NCBI GenBank assembly: GCA_976226885.1
Contig: OZ320313.1
Location: forward strand, 46,500,001-46,564,000
Source: Iphione sp. A-MEVVRFRX5
Taxonomy: Eukaryota
DNA length: 64,000 nucleotides
Direction of reading: 5' to 3'
Part shown: positions 50,301 to 64,000 of the stretch, piece by piece
Numbering within the stretch: the first letter of the stretch is position 1
Layout: each line of letters begins with the position of its first letter
The notes under the pieces: model-generated
The model's database searches: none
What the model was told of the DNA's origin: nothing
Seen by the model: the letters and a program-made list of their open reading frames with translations, nothing else
Translations under genes and position numbers: made by a program

Positions 50301-53300
50301 CATAGAAGAGAAGGTCAGCGTCTATAGATACCGTATACACTGAATGAAATCTGAGCTGCTGATTTTTTTAAATGATTAAGATTGCTGAAGTGTGGTGTTC
50401 CCTTAGGAGCTCCCAAAGTTACTGACACAAATAAACACATGTATGCACACAAGCAAGCAGATACACGCACACGCCACACAATCTTATGTCTACATAGTGA
50501 GTCAACACCAATACACGCAACGCATGAAGAGTAATGAATAAAATACACGTATAAAGGGAAACATACGACTGACTTACAAGCACAAAAAAACTATCAAGCC
50601 ATGCCATGTCAACCCTTAGCTATTCTTAAAAAAACAAACACACAGTAATAACAGTAATATGACATGCCACATCATTCGATTAGAGGACCGAATGGATAGA
50701 ACAATGAGGATGCATCACAAAATACGCACAAGGGAATAGTGAAACATAATTCTCACACTTATGAAACCGTCGCAACTATTACGACCATAGTATACATTTG
50801 AGTGCTACATGACTACTCTGATTATTCATATAATTTGTACCAAGTAATTTCCAAAATGCAATGATAAATATGAAAATTAAAATATTAATTGTCCCTAACG
50901 GTGTTGTTGATAGTAATTGTAAGATTGCTGCCATTTCAGTAGTGATACTAAATGGAGATCTGTTTTGTTAAACACCATCGCAGGTCAAGATGAGCACATT
51001 TGACTGTTAAACACCACTGCTTGTGGCCACATGTAACACTGTCACATTCTGTATGGGTCTACTTTCCGTTCTACTTCCCATGATCACCTTTTTAAAATTT
51101 AAATTGGAAAGACCGGTTCATGGAAAGGTATTCTGCTCGTAATCTATTCCATATGTCTGGTCAGATCCCGTATTACCCAAAGGTAAGAATCTTGTAACTG
51201 AGACACTGAGTCAAATATGACACCCAAGAAGATTTAGACTAGGGCGCTTTATTCTCCATCGATTCACAAAGAACACATCCAAGCAAGCAAAAAGATGTTC
51301 TCAGCATGATTCTTCTAAACAAGTACACGCACATCCATATGTACGAGTATGAAGAGTAAAGAGGACTGGGTTCATGGTGGAAACCGTAAAGATGCTCCAG
51401 TGCCGCAAGCCAGTTATCAAGCCTAATCTATTCAGCCGAACTGGATATAACCCATGCAGAAATCCTTTAGGGTAACTGCGTCGGCTACAATGAAATAACA
51501 AATGCTTCTGTGTGAATGTTTCCTGCGCAACAGTGTTCAAATGGCGTCGGTCCTCTCTGCCACAAACAGCTAATTATGGTCTTTCAGCTTCTATTTCATT
51601 TCATCGACTCCCCCAAGGTTTCCAACTGAGGTGAATAATTCCAGAACAAATACGTTCAATAATAACTCTATGCAGCTGGGCATAAAGCCAATGAGGTACG
51701 GCGTGGGCCAGGTCGGGCTAACTGTTAGCGTATCCATGAGTCGCTTAGTGCAAGTGACGTGACAAACACTGAAATTTGTATCTATAAAGGTGCCTTCAAT
51801 GATTGCGCCGGGATTTTTTAAAACTATAAATATACAGGAAGCACCGACGCCCACAAGGGTAATCACATCTGCACAGATGGTTTGACAATAATAGCGAAAT
51901 GACAGCTGACAGTCACAATGTTACTGAATTTTATTCAGCGTTACTACAGATGGGCTATCGATCCTCAGTGAATGCCACAAATCATTCATTTACGATCGAA
52001 AAACCCATCTGTCCTGTCACCGAATGCTACTAGTTTACTGATAACGTGGGTGTACCTAAGGGTTTCTTTGAGTGCTTGTGGCGATGAAATGTACTGTATT
52101 TGTATTCAAATCTCTCTCGGTGAACTTAGACAGCATATGGCTGGGTATGCCAAGAGAGAAACTGAGGTGTTTTTCTTTTTATCAAAGCGACTCAGAACAG
52201 ACGATTTCCATAAACCGTAATCCATAACCTCTAATTACACACAAGAATTGCTAAATTAATGATAAACAAAAACTTTTAAAGAGTTCGCTCTATTTTCTGT
52301 TACCAAGCACAAAGCTTACACTTCTATAATAAAGACGTCCCTTTTCCCTGGACCTCCAAGGACTTCTTACAAAGTGCTCCTTGCAAAGAAAAGGGGCTCC
52401 CTTGAGTACTCCTTTCTCAGAAATGTTTATTGTGCCACACCCGCGAAGACATGTATGTATATGTGCTGTTAATAGTAAGATCAGTATCCATTCCAGCATT
52501 TTCTTTCCTCATAGCTAGCTCCGTCTCCCAGTTCATACGATGTTCTTGTGGCATTGACAAAAAATCAAAAAGAGGGGGGGGGGGGGGGACCTGGCTTGTC
52601 ACAAAAGAGATTTGTCCAATTTTGGCTGTGCACTATCCGAACTAGGGGTGTTTCTTTTAAAATTATTTGGTACAGTCTCATTCAGATAAGGAAACTCATA
52701 AATGATTTTAATCAAATTATTCCTTTTCAATGCATCGGGATGAGGTGAATTTATACGGTGGACTGTTTAGTAGGCGCCCGCTCACTGTATTTTTCCTGTA
52801 GGAAAATTGACACAGTAGGAGGGTTTTACATGGTAAAACACCATACAAAAACTATTGCATTTGACAGAATGATTCGGAAGCTAAGAGAGGTAGGGAATCT
52901 ATGACACTCGGAAGTACGGAACACTGATTAATAACAAACACCAAAAAAACGGAGAGATCATAATGTTTCCTGGACACACAACCAGGCAGTGGACTATGCT
53001 TAGAAAACTAGGATGTGGGGACAACAGACTATATGTACGTGTTGAGCACCACGGCCCAGGTTCCCACAGTACCAAACATGTATCACAGAATAAAAATTCA
53101 ATGCAATGACGTTATGCGGGTAGAAACGTTGCGCTTTCTGTTCTGACTCCTAACTCTTCAATATAAACCGGCGCCGGACATCCATTGGATGGCAGAGTTT
53201 ATGTTAATTTTCAGAACTCTTGGTCTCTTTGTATCAAAATTACAAAGTCCACAAGGTTCAGACAGACAGTCAGCACGTTGGAAGATGAGAGGGTCGGCCA

Positions 53301-53799
53301 GCGCTATTTCTCTGCTCTCCAACAAAAGGAGATATGCTTTAGCCGTTTTCTTCAAACAGGGAATAAGTAAAAACCAATATGTTGCACCATTTAGGTATAT
53401 ATGATCTTCCACTTTGGCCTTTACCTGAGATGTTTCTTGCAAAATTATAGAAAGGCTAACTTTAACCTCTGAAAGAAAGACATGTTGAGGTTACTAAATT
53501 AAAATAAAGTCAAAGACATCACCATGGTTACAACATCGATTAGGTGTTTACATATGAAAGAATTATCAACAAAAGATTAAGAGGTCTATGCTGTTTTACA
53601 AGAGAACCTCCAGGAAGAAGGAGCTTAAACTCAAGACCTCTCTTGCAAAAGTGCCTACCTTTGAATAGCCTTATCAGCTTTAGCCTCTCCAAGGTACCTC
53701 AACATAAGTGACCAATGAAATATATATTTAACGGAGATTTGGGGCGTGTTACTTCCTTCCGCCCTCAGCTGTCATAAGAAGGTTAATTTGTTTCGCAAT

Positions 53800-54400
53800 T
53801 GCAACTTGGGTCATAATAACGCCACGCATCACCGTCCAACCATGTACATCACTATTTAATGTACTCTTATCATGAGGGTTTCAGCAAATGCAAGGAGGCT
53901 ATGAAGCATGCTAGAGCATTTCAAAGGGGTAGATAGGTCCTGTCTTAAGCAATTGCGTTCATAAGTATCATCCCTTGTTAATTCTACGTACTGTAAGATG
54001 TATATTTGAAACAAGTCATTCTTCATAAACTAGTCTATATACTTTCTTAGAGGAGGATACATCTCCAAGGGTTCAGATACTTGAGGTATAACAAGAGTAC
54101 AATTGCAAATGGCTACGATCTATGCAATAACGAATAAAGCAGCGTTTTGGTTGCATCTTCGTGGGCTCAAAGATGTGTGACTTCGCTAATCAAGACAGGT
54201 TCCGAAAAAGATCTTTTATCTGTGGTGGGAAGCCAGATGACAATAAGAGAGATCCGCTCCTACTTCTCGTGGAGGCAACACTTCGTCCTGGCAAAAAAGG
54301 CCACGTGTTAGCGATGTCGGAGTCAGGGTCGAGCAAGGAAGCATCCTGGGCCCCATTAGTTCTTAATAATGATTCATATAAAAGTGTGGCTTCAGAACAA
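53800..54400 (+). mobile_element. Decayed non-LTR (CR1/L2-like) reverse transcriptase remnant
   Basis: EIRSYFSWRQHFV (~54250-54290; cf. WFxSYLSNRxQxV) followed by GVRVEQGSILGPI (~54318-54357; cf. GVPQGSILGP); frames broken. Confidence 0.6.
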
Positions 54401-57400
54401 CGACTTTAATGAAACCTGAAAAGGAAAACAGAGTAGATTCCTACTGGTTAGACAAGAAAATTATATCTAGATATAATACTGGAGCCGAAGATGATACAGC
54501 TAGTATCAAACTCTCCTTTGTGGGATACGTCGTCGATGCTGGATTACTATGACAACCTATAACAAAGAACAAAGCCTGTAGGATCAGCTGCAGTATCCAG
54601 AAAATATTAAAAGTCGAGCACTTCTGTAAACAGAGATTCACACGTCGATCTTTACACCAACTTAAAACATCTCATCACTTTATAGAGGAGGCAGATCGCC
54701 AAATAAACCTGATCCAACTGAGACATAAACAAATACCTTAACCCAATGAAGGCGGCAGGTAACAATAGTATATTCCCTGTGCTTTGTAAGGTACAGGGTA
54801 TCAGAAGGTGAAGCTTTCACACAGGGACAACATTGTTCTAAGTACATTTATTATATATAAAATAAAATGATAATATGTTACTATATTGACAAAGAACAAC
54901 ATCCTTTCTATTTGTCATTATAAGGTGTGTCTCTTTGGGTATTATTGTGTGCATGTATATCATTTTGCTGAAATACAATATAAATAAATGCCTGGAGGCA
55001 TAAACTGCCCTTTACATGGTAATACCTACAGCCATACATCGCCCTATACATGATTGTGCCTATAGGCATACATTGCCTTCACTAGGTTAAGCTGCCTTGG
55101 TTCTACAACACCACGAGGAAACATCTTGTAGTCATCCGATTGCCACAACAAAGACACGCTACCATCAATCATGAAAATATTAACTCTAACTATAGGTGCA
55201 CCTGCTCCGAAGGGCTTCCCTCGGCTAAGTCAAGCGTCATTCCATCATGAAAATAAGGTAAGTACACATATCTATGAAAGCTAATCTTATTGTTTGTATA
55301 CATATAAAGTGGAACCCCTCTACAGCAGACATTGGAGGGACTTGGGTCAAAGTGTCCGTAGTGTCCGCAGTAGCAGATGTAACGCTTATTCCTCTCTAAC
55401 CAAAATATAGACATTGTATTACAAATATTGGTAAGAGTCCTTAAAGTGCTGAATGTTACGAGTAAGAATCCCAAAAGTGTTGATTAGTAAGAGTCAAATT
55501 TTCAGTACCTGTGGTATAAACTTGCCCATTCATGGTATAAACCCACTAATTTGCGAGGACATCTTAGAATTCAGGCCAGCGCCTCTACCCACACACTATA
55601 CAATGAATAACCCGTCAACGCACTGAGCTAGGACATCTTAGTGGTCGCTGTGACACATATGCTTGCACTTAGATCCTATCCTCCAGGGTGTCAGGCGTTG
55701 GGGGTCCATTGTAAACCCTGTAAATTAAGGTTTTGAGACTGTCAAATGAGTGTCCTGAGGTGAGTGTCTGCAGTGGCCGGGCAAGGCTAAACTTGATATG
55801 AAGAGTTTTTGTTTGGGACTGGACTAAATCCATCCATTGTAAGGGTTTTCTGAAGTGGCCAGGCATCCGTAGACAGAGGTTTCACTGTACATGTAGATAC
55901 TTTTAACATGACACTTGTTACATGAAATTGGTGCAGTATTGGTGCCCCCACCCCAATTTCTTTTAAACTTCAGTAATAGAAAAGCCTGTATAATGTACAT
56001 CACAGAACCACGAATAACTAATGAAATCACTGATATGATTATTACTTTTCACTGTTAGTTCCTATAGTCTGGCCAGAAACTAACTGACAATCACCATATA
56101 GAAGGAGGTGGTTCTCTTGACTGAGTAGAAATCTACTGTACACGTTCCAAGATTCTACTTTGTCTTATCAAGTACATATCCAACGATAATGCCAATGTTA
56201 CGGCTACTTAAACAGCATAAATCAGAAGCATAAACAGTTTCTCCAAGGCTAGTTATCATACAATTATACAATCTTCATACTGATCTTTGATGTTTTCTTG
56301 CTGCCTTGAAATGTTGCTACTCCATATTTCATACTGCTGATATTTCTTCAAGTGATATTATAACCATGTTCATAATTTTATGACCCTGTTAATGATGTAA
56401 TTAATTTCAGGTGTAATAATTTATAGAGACTGTGATTAAGATTGTTATAACCAATAACACTTATCCCAGGACATTTCATAACTTACATTCAGGAAACATT
56501 TTACACCAGTAACGCAGGTTCCTTTTGCGCATGACTATCCTCCCACTGAGTATGACTACCTGTGTTACATGTTCCCAAGAACCCCAATCCTATCATGTTT
56601 AGAGGATAATGCCTTCCTTCCTCAATGGAATAGTTGTGATTACCTCTCCCTCTGGTCTAATTATACATATAATCCATTAGGCTTTATTTCTATATATGTG
56701 TTTTCACAGCTGTGACTGTGTGTTTTCATGGTGGAAACTGGGGACTAGGCTTATCATAATGAGTGCGTTCATGCATATGCACAGCATGTAAAGTGTAGCA
56801 TGTCTGTGTGTACTGCATTTTCAGTTTGGGAAAGTTCCCAATCTCCCATGTTTTCATGGCCATGACATATTTTGCTAATCTACTGGGGTGTTACATGAGG
56901 AACACACTACACATGCATGTATGCAAGCATGGCAAAAGGGTCATACTTTTCACAGTGTTCCATGGCCACCAAACACACTCCACGCTTTCACGGAAGATTA
57001 AGCCCTGAGGCAGAGTTACTTTTCGCTAGTGGTACATAAATGAAATATGAAGAAAGTCAATAATCAATTTTGTTCATACAATTGTAAAATGGTCAAAACA
57101 AGAGAGGATCTTGTTAAAAAGCAGACTCTGGCTCCAAATGAAATTTATAAGCCGTCGAAAAAAGCTGAAAAAAGCCAGTTGAGAGACGAAGTAAGTCACG
57201 TCGAAATCATTAATATATAAAGAGGAAAAATCAAATGGACTAAGCCGGCGTCAAGGAATCATTGTTTTTTTGTGTGTGTTTTTTAAGGGACAGGTAAATT
57301 TCTGAACGGCAAAGCTAAATTAGCATTAAAGTATTCATTATTTTACGGATTTAATATCTAGACACTTAGACACGGACACGACAGAAGGCAACTTCGGGTC

Positions 57401-59041
57401 CTTCTCTCCGCGACAGACACTAAAACATGCGAAGTCAATAAACGTCAGGAGCTTGGACGATTCACACAAAAGCAGCTCACACCTTCGCATCTGAAGAACT
57501 TATGTAATTCTAGGATCCTCTACACATGTGGAGTGCATGGGGGAACTTATTGGTATTTATTTCCTCAAAATATCACGTGGATCCACGGATTAGACCCTGA
57601 GGTACAAACGTCTGAATCGGCGACGGCTTAAGTACGTTATTGTGAGTGTCAGTCATGGTGGGAATTGGTTACGGTATGAATTATCCTCTTCCTTAATCCT
57701 AACTTTCCACTCCCTGTCTCTACAGCAAACATCTCATATACAAGAATAACATATTGACAAGGACATATATCTAGAGAAAAATCTACGTACAAGGAACTCT
57801 TAACACATATTTAAACCCGGCAGGCGATACTCCAAGGAGAATCATCAAGGCTTAGGCCAACTGGCAATACCACGTCATGGTAAAACCCAGCAGGCAGGGT
57901 AGGTCTCACTTGATATACATGTACATGTATACAAAAGTCATACCATTCGGTCATACCTTCCCCTCTCTTTAAAATGAGTATTTCTAATACCATCGAAACA
58001 TATGCACGCATTGGAGCAACTACCACAAGCTTAACATTATCAATGTGAGAAAGACTCCAGTTAGAGTCGATTTGTTCATGTCAATCAAAGCCTAGGAGGA
58101 ACCTCTTGCAACTGATCTGAAATGCAGAATGCTTGAATCATACCTTGAACTGAAGGGGGTACAGGCACCAATATAGCAGACGACATCTAGAGACAAACGT
58201 TATTACTTTTCCATTTAGACTAAATCCAACAGATTTCTATCCACTGTCTTGTCATTCCACGTCACCTTAAGACAAAAGAATGTTTAATGAAAACGAATCG
58301 TCTGAAATAACCCCGTATTAAGCCTTGGGCCGTGAGACAATACTGAAACGTTAACGCCATGTCTGAAAAACATAACCCTCCAGGGGAGACTCTCAAATGT
58401 CAGCAAGGGCATTTCTCACGTTACTTCCACACCTCTAGATTACATGTTCAGATGAATGCTTAGTTTGATAAGCTTGTTTCTGTATGTTTTTAGAGAAACA
58501 GAAAATCCGAAGACAATAAGAGCCTACACACTCAAACTGAGGATATTATCAAAGTAGAAAGATTCATAACAGAGAAATTCTAAAACGTCTTCATCTATCA
58601 AGGGATCTTAGTTCAATTTCTCCTCAAAGTATCAATTTAGAATGACAAAACCAATTTTAAATGAAGCTCTTATAATCAGCATATAACAAAAAGGTTATTC
58701 GTTGAAAGGTATGCGTCACAGATACAAGCCAGCTTGACACAGAAAGAAAGGGGGCGATAAAGATCGGGATACAGAAAGACAGAGGGAAATAAAAAGGGAT
58801 AAAAAGGAAGATGATTGATACATTCATCAACATTATAGTAAGTTTCCAAGATTCATCCGAAATATGCACGGATTCACCAAATGTGGAGTACTGACAAAGG
58901 TTTTTTTTGATATGCAAGGATTTACAAACATTACAGTTCCCCCTGAAAGTTCCTGAGGCATATCCTTTCCTCATTAGAGTGGGTAGCAAAGAGGAGGTAT
59001 GCCAGCAACTGGCATCTTGATGACATACATATAGCTGCATA

Positions 59042-59214
59042 CAGTAGAAACTCAGAATTTAGACCAACAATGGGACCACAAAACTGCCCTTATCTGCGAG
59101 TTGCCCTCCTATCTGAGTTATATTATAGAAAATATACAATTGGGACCAACCAAACTTGCCCACAATCCTGAGTTGCCCTCCTAGTTAAGTTGCCCTCAAG
59201 GTGAGCTGCTACTG
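59042..59214. mobile_element. Tc1/mariner-type MITE
   Basis: TA flanks at 59040-59041 and 59215-59216; imperfect TIRs CAGTAGAAACTC / CAGTAGCAGCTC; internal repeated agttgccctc and tgggacca motifs; no ORF. Confidence 0.65.
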
Positions 59215-62200
59215 TATGTACATTTATAAAGGGAAAACTTCTGTTGCAGACTGCCGCTCTTGGAGTATAAATTCCTCGTTATGCTATTGAAGATATATAT
59301 GGAAGTCATTTACGGTGAATTGTGTCAGAGAGGTGAACTGTTAGTAGCGCAGCAGGAGGGTTTATTCCGGGGTGATTGTATACCTGTACAGGGCATGGCA
59401 GCAACAGGAAGTATTTTAACACAAAATGTCAATTATTTCTCAAGCAAAACGACATCTAAGAACACATATTGATACCAAAAAAATGATTTTATTCAACAAT
59501 AGAAACATCTTGGCATAACAGGTGTACATACTGTCAGATTAAACAAACAGGGCAGGCTCTTGCCTGTTGCCTGTTATGGACGTACGATTCAATACCATTT
59601 TTTAATAATTTTTCCTGTAACTGTACTTAGCATCAGGCTGTGAGGTGTCCATTCTTCAGAAATACATGTTCATTTGCACAAGAAATTCGCCCGATTTCTT
59701 TAATTCAGAACCCTTGCTTTACTCTTCGGGTGCCCTTTACAAAAGTTAAATCTGACAGGAACATTGCCCTGGTAATCCAGGTAAACCGTAAAGCAAATGT
59801 TGCAGAGGTCGATAAGACCTCAATATGCCACATAGAAATCCTCGTTACCTTCCGCCACGTTAAACGAAATTCACCTCTACCTCTACTGTTATGAAATGGC
59901 AATACATTTTCACTACGGTCCAATAACAATTACAGATGCAAACAGGGGCGGGTGGCGCGACCTTTGGCTGGCACGGCTCGATCGAAATTCTTTATTAAAT
60001 TTTGCTATCAGTAAGGAAATGCTGGTGACAGTAATTTCAATGACTGTGACATATTATTCATATATGTAAAGTGGTCTATTATATGGATGCATCACCGGGA
60101 ATACCAGATCCAGCCGTCACTGCCGGGATAATACACAATTTGCACCGCCATCAGGCCAAGTGAGTGCCCATCAATCACAGAAATACCGAGTGAAGCGGAA
60201 GTCAATCGGCCTGGCTGGGGAGCTGTTAAAACGGGCACATGTTGCGACGAAAAGGAGGGGACACTGCCGGCCTTTCTAGGGCCAGATCTATGTGTGAATG
60301 CTTATTAAATCCCCGCCATTTATCAGCACACAGTATCTCACGTTACCTCGTTGGAAACGCCAGGTACAGCGTTAGATCGCTGGGGTGGGGTGCCATTAGG
60401 CGGCTTCGCTGACTTAATAAGCCACTAGCAACGCAGAAAAGAAAGGAAGATGCATAGAGGGCTGGTGTATAATGAAATTAAACAATATACACGAGGCCTT
60501 CGTTCGGACCTCTAGCAGCGTTTGAACTGTTTGGTGTGAAGGGGAAAAGAATCACCAATAACACCAAACTTTGGACTAGTCATTATTTGTCTCTCCCACT
60601 GGTTTGGCTTCTACCTGGGAAAGTTTTTTTCCACGATAGGTTGTGATATATAAATTAACCACGTATTTTCAAAATGATACATTATAACTTCACTTAAGGA
60701 AGAATCTACAAGGACGCTAAAGCTTGCAACTCGGTTGTTTTCATGGCGAGGTTCCAAATAAACCCGATATTTGGACTTTTATCCCGCATTATAAAATAGG
60801 AGACTGCCATAACTAGTATTAGAATAGAACACCACTGAGACTACAGTTGGAGGACTTTGGGCCACACCTCCATCTGGTATCAGCAGCGTGTGAAATTATC
60901 CACGTGGTACTGGACAACAGCAAGGTAGGCGGGCCATATCACACAGTTGATTCCTCGAGCCAGTTGATCAGGTAGACAGGAAACTTGTTGGGTTCTTTTT
61001 GAACAATGGTCTCTCAAATTTGAGTTGTTCTGATAAGGGTGTGCTTTTTCGTGCGTTGCTACTGTAACTAGCATTTATAACAAGGATACACATATAAAAA
61101 TATATGTGACATATCGCTTATGTTTTATGTGGTCAACACTGTTCCTTTTTCAAAAGCTCCTTATTCAGTGTGCAGCAAAGAAGTGTATGCTTGAACGTAT
61201 GCAAGATAATGCTGACACTGTTTACGGGGAAAAGGGGGAAACGCGGGACACTGTTGCTATCGAGGCGACCCAATATAACACAAATATAAACGACATGTTT
61301 ATGCTGTGCAGTGAGCAGATGAAGAAGGAAACACGCAATATTCGATACTCTCTCGATACCCAAGAGCAACGGTCAGGTCAGCGTTTCCCATGCTGTTGTC
61401 CAAAGGAAGCTTACGTTTGTTTGAGAACTTTGCAACACGTATGCCTACCATGTAATAACACCTCTATCGACCGGCTCGTGTGCCGACCAGCCGACCAGCC
61501 TCTAGTGCGTGAGGCTGGCAGCTGTTTGAAGTACTTCACATCCGGGTCATCGCCTGCCATACACACACAAGCTACCCATGAATTAATGACGTCATGTAGC
61601 CCCCCACCACCACCAACAAACAAAAACCTCCCCTGCTACATTCATTTTAACTTGCATGCAACACAGGCATTACAGCAAGACTGCTAGCAAAATGCGGTCA
61701 CCTTCAACCCTTCCTGGACCCAGGGGACTTGGAGCTCCAAAAGCACATGGGTCAAAGTTGCCCTTATTTATCATTTCCTATAGGCTAAAAGTTCCCTAAC
61801 AATAGTTCCTGCAAAGTGCCAACGCCAAATAAATATTTCCTAGGGTGGTCGGCACCGGTCCCACTACAAGCCACACAATAGATCACTTAAGGCTTAACAG
61901 ATGAGCCCGTTATTAAACTTTCAGGTGGGAAAACGAGGTTCAAAACGCCAAATGCCAGTAGCAGCCACATAGGCTGATCCTTTTTTGACTTCGTTTGATA
62001 AACATACGTTGCTCATAGCCGCTTCTACCAGCAGCCCAACACATTTTCATGCTATTTTTTGGGCGATTCGGTTTTTTACTGACTTGTGATATCATAATTT
62101 CACTGCAGCTATCAGCGAAGATCGGCAATTTGAGAACAAATATAAATTGAAATTTCAATACGTAATGAAGAATCTTAATACAGCAACTGAAACTTTCAAT

Positions 62201-63479
62201 TCGACGTGCTTCAATCGATCGAATGTGCTTGGCAGGTACATAAATGGACATCATGCAGGAAAAGAAGGATTTCATCTTATGGCCATTCGAATACGGTGCT
62301 GATAATACTGAACAAGATATTCACATGGGCGGAGGTGTCATTACCGGCACTACACTGGAAGTTTCTCGAAAATAAGATTAAAAACATTAATCACGGGTAA
62401 ATATTAGCCACCTACTTTAAATTCCAAAGCTTCATGGCAGTTTTATTTGCACTCACAGGGCGGGGGGAGAGGGAGTAAGAAGCCTTTACACAAGCAAAGA
62501 AAAGGGAAACCCTTGAGGATCTGGTGACGGTTTCTTGCAGAGGCAATTGCACAGGCGCTCCCATGGCAGGTATCTGCTGCATTTTGATAACAGTTCGGGC
62601 CTAATTTGGTGTTACTATCAGTGGCGCCAGCGCCAAAAGCCCACGGCCGGCTACCTTCCGGCGCAGGTTCGGATCTCGCTGGCAGCTCCTACTAGTCTGC
62701 TGCATTTATTGCCCCCAGAGCAACTCGCCAGGGATACAGCGACAAAACATGGCAAGGAGTGGGAGTAAATAACATTTACTCTGGCTGTATTTACGTGGTA
62801 GTCGGGGAAGGAGGGATGCTCTGAAAGGACACGCCGCACTGGGAGTCGGGCGCCTGCGCTTCCATATAGGCAGACACAATGTGGGAATATTGGAGTGCAC
62901 GAGTGACCCCAAAAAGTTGTGACTGGTAATGAAGATTAAAAATTCATAGTGATACTTGATGACGGCATAAGGAATGAAGGATTCCACAGTCGGAGGCCCT
63001 TGGGATTAATATGTTTCTCTCTCGAGATGTCGTTTCTGGAAATCAACAGAACTTTGTTTTTTCCTACAGCGTACCATGGAATTTGAATGCACTACATGCA
63101 AGAAAAAATATCAGTGTAAAAATTTCGTAACTGCTGCAATTTCGAAATATTTGCTTTTTGGGGAAGGGTGTGAGTTCAGGTCGACAAGAGCTGCTGGATG
63201 AAAGCAGTTACATGTATCACGGCAGTGAATCCACAATCACTAGAATATGCACCACGCGGGGCAAATCAGCACCAGACCCTTTTACAAACTACCTGGACAC
63301 AAGTGAGGCTAATGATGCTTTGTTATTCTAATGAAGTGTGCAAGGTATATAAATTGGCGGTGAGATAGGTTAGAGAACGACCATTGTCTTACTGAAACTC
63401 ATTTAAATGCACGAAATCGAGGCAAACGACGTGGAATGGCGCCATTCGGTCTGGAGACAGACCGAGGGGGGAATTGTGG

Positions 63480-64000
63480 TTAGGTCAAGGCAGAATCCCC
63501 CAACGCTTTGGTGAAATGTCGCGTGCGTAATGCAATGCCGCTGCTCAAAGCACGCCCCTTCGGCTGGCCTGAGGCGGTGCCGGCTGACCCGCGGGCTGCA
63601 GGTCGGCCATCAACCGAGATCTGCAGATTTCATTAGCGGAAGCCGTCTGACTGATGTAGCAATAAGCACAAGTGAGCTGCTCTCATTGGCCGCTCGCCGC
63701 CCGCCCGTTTCGAGTAGCTCGCCGAGGCCGCCGCCCGCACCTAATTCTATTTGTGTTCACTGTAAACGGCTGCACCTGGGTCTATGTTCGGTGGGTGACG
63801 TGCAAGAAGTTGCAGGAAATAAGAGGAAGCGAGGCGGGCTGGCAAAGAAGCCGGCGCCAGGGCGCGCGGCTGAGTGGGAAAATGTGGCGGCGGCGGTAGC
63901 GGTCGTAGGAGTTCACCGAGGTAGAATGCCATCTATGATTGGCTGATCCAGCGGCGGTCAATGGAGCGGACGCCAGGGTACGCCATCTGATGATCTGTCA
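63480..64000. promoter_or_regulatory. CpG-rich promoter-like island with CCAAT boxes
   Basis: Sharp rise in GC/CpG; ATTGG at ~63684 and ~63938; GC-box-like cgcccgccc; no convincing coding frame. Confidence 0.5.

Noticed and set aside
55820-55890. MITE-like end (gaggtttcactgta)
   Set aside because: Only one terminus seen; no matching left TIR located.
1-64000. Frequent tacatgta/tgtaca palindromes; search for tRNA/rRNA genes
   Set aside because: The palindromes are scattered uniformly in non-coding DNA and look like a genome-wide compositional trait; no cloverleaf or rRNA-like sequence was recognised.

Overview
Metazoan genomic DNA from a gapped scaffold (3 N-runs), with GC-rich exons in AT-rich introns. 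An invertebrate, possibly lophotrochozoan, origin is an inference only. The left half (1-27.6 kb, + strand) holds three tandem single-pass membrane receptor genes. Two are complete and I spliced them by hand (all GT-AG, phases consistent). Both read signal peptide - divergent SUEL/Gal-lectin domain - CUB - Ser/Thr-rich stalk - TM - long disordered tail: gene B is 727 aa (3493-15399) and gene C is 1686 aa (20593-27550). Gene A (1-1946) shows only stalk end, TM and tail. On the - strand at 28875-30905 lie four intact, in-phase exons of the ASCC3 helicase, whose neighbouring exons I could not find in either direction. Either the receptor genes are nested antisense in a very large ASCC3 intron, or this is an orphan duplicated fragment or a scaffolding artefact. 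A ~44-bp minisatellite reiterates the SUEL exon end and its splice donor. The right half (31-64 kb) has no recognisable intact gene. It carries decayed Penelope-like, DIRS/Ngaro-like and CR1/L2-like retroelement remnants, a MITE, microsatellites and a CpG/CCAAT promoter-like island at the right edge. All family assignments are by motif recognition, without database searches.
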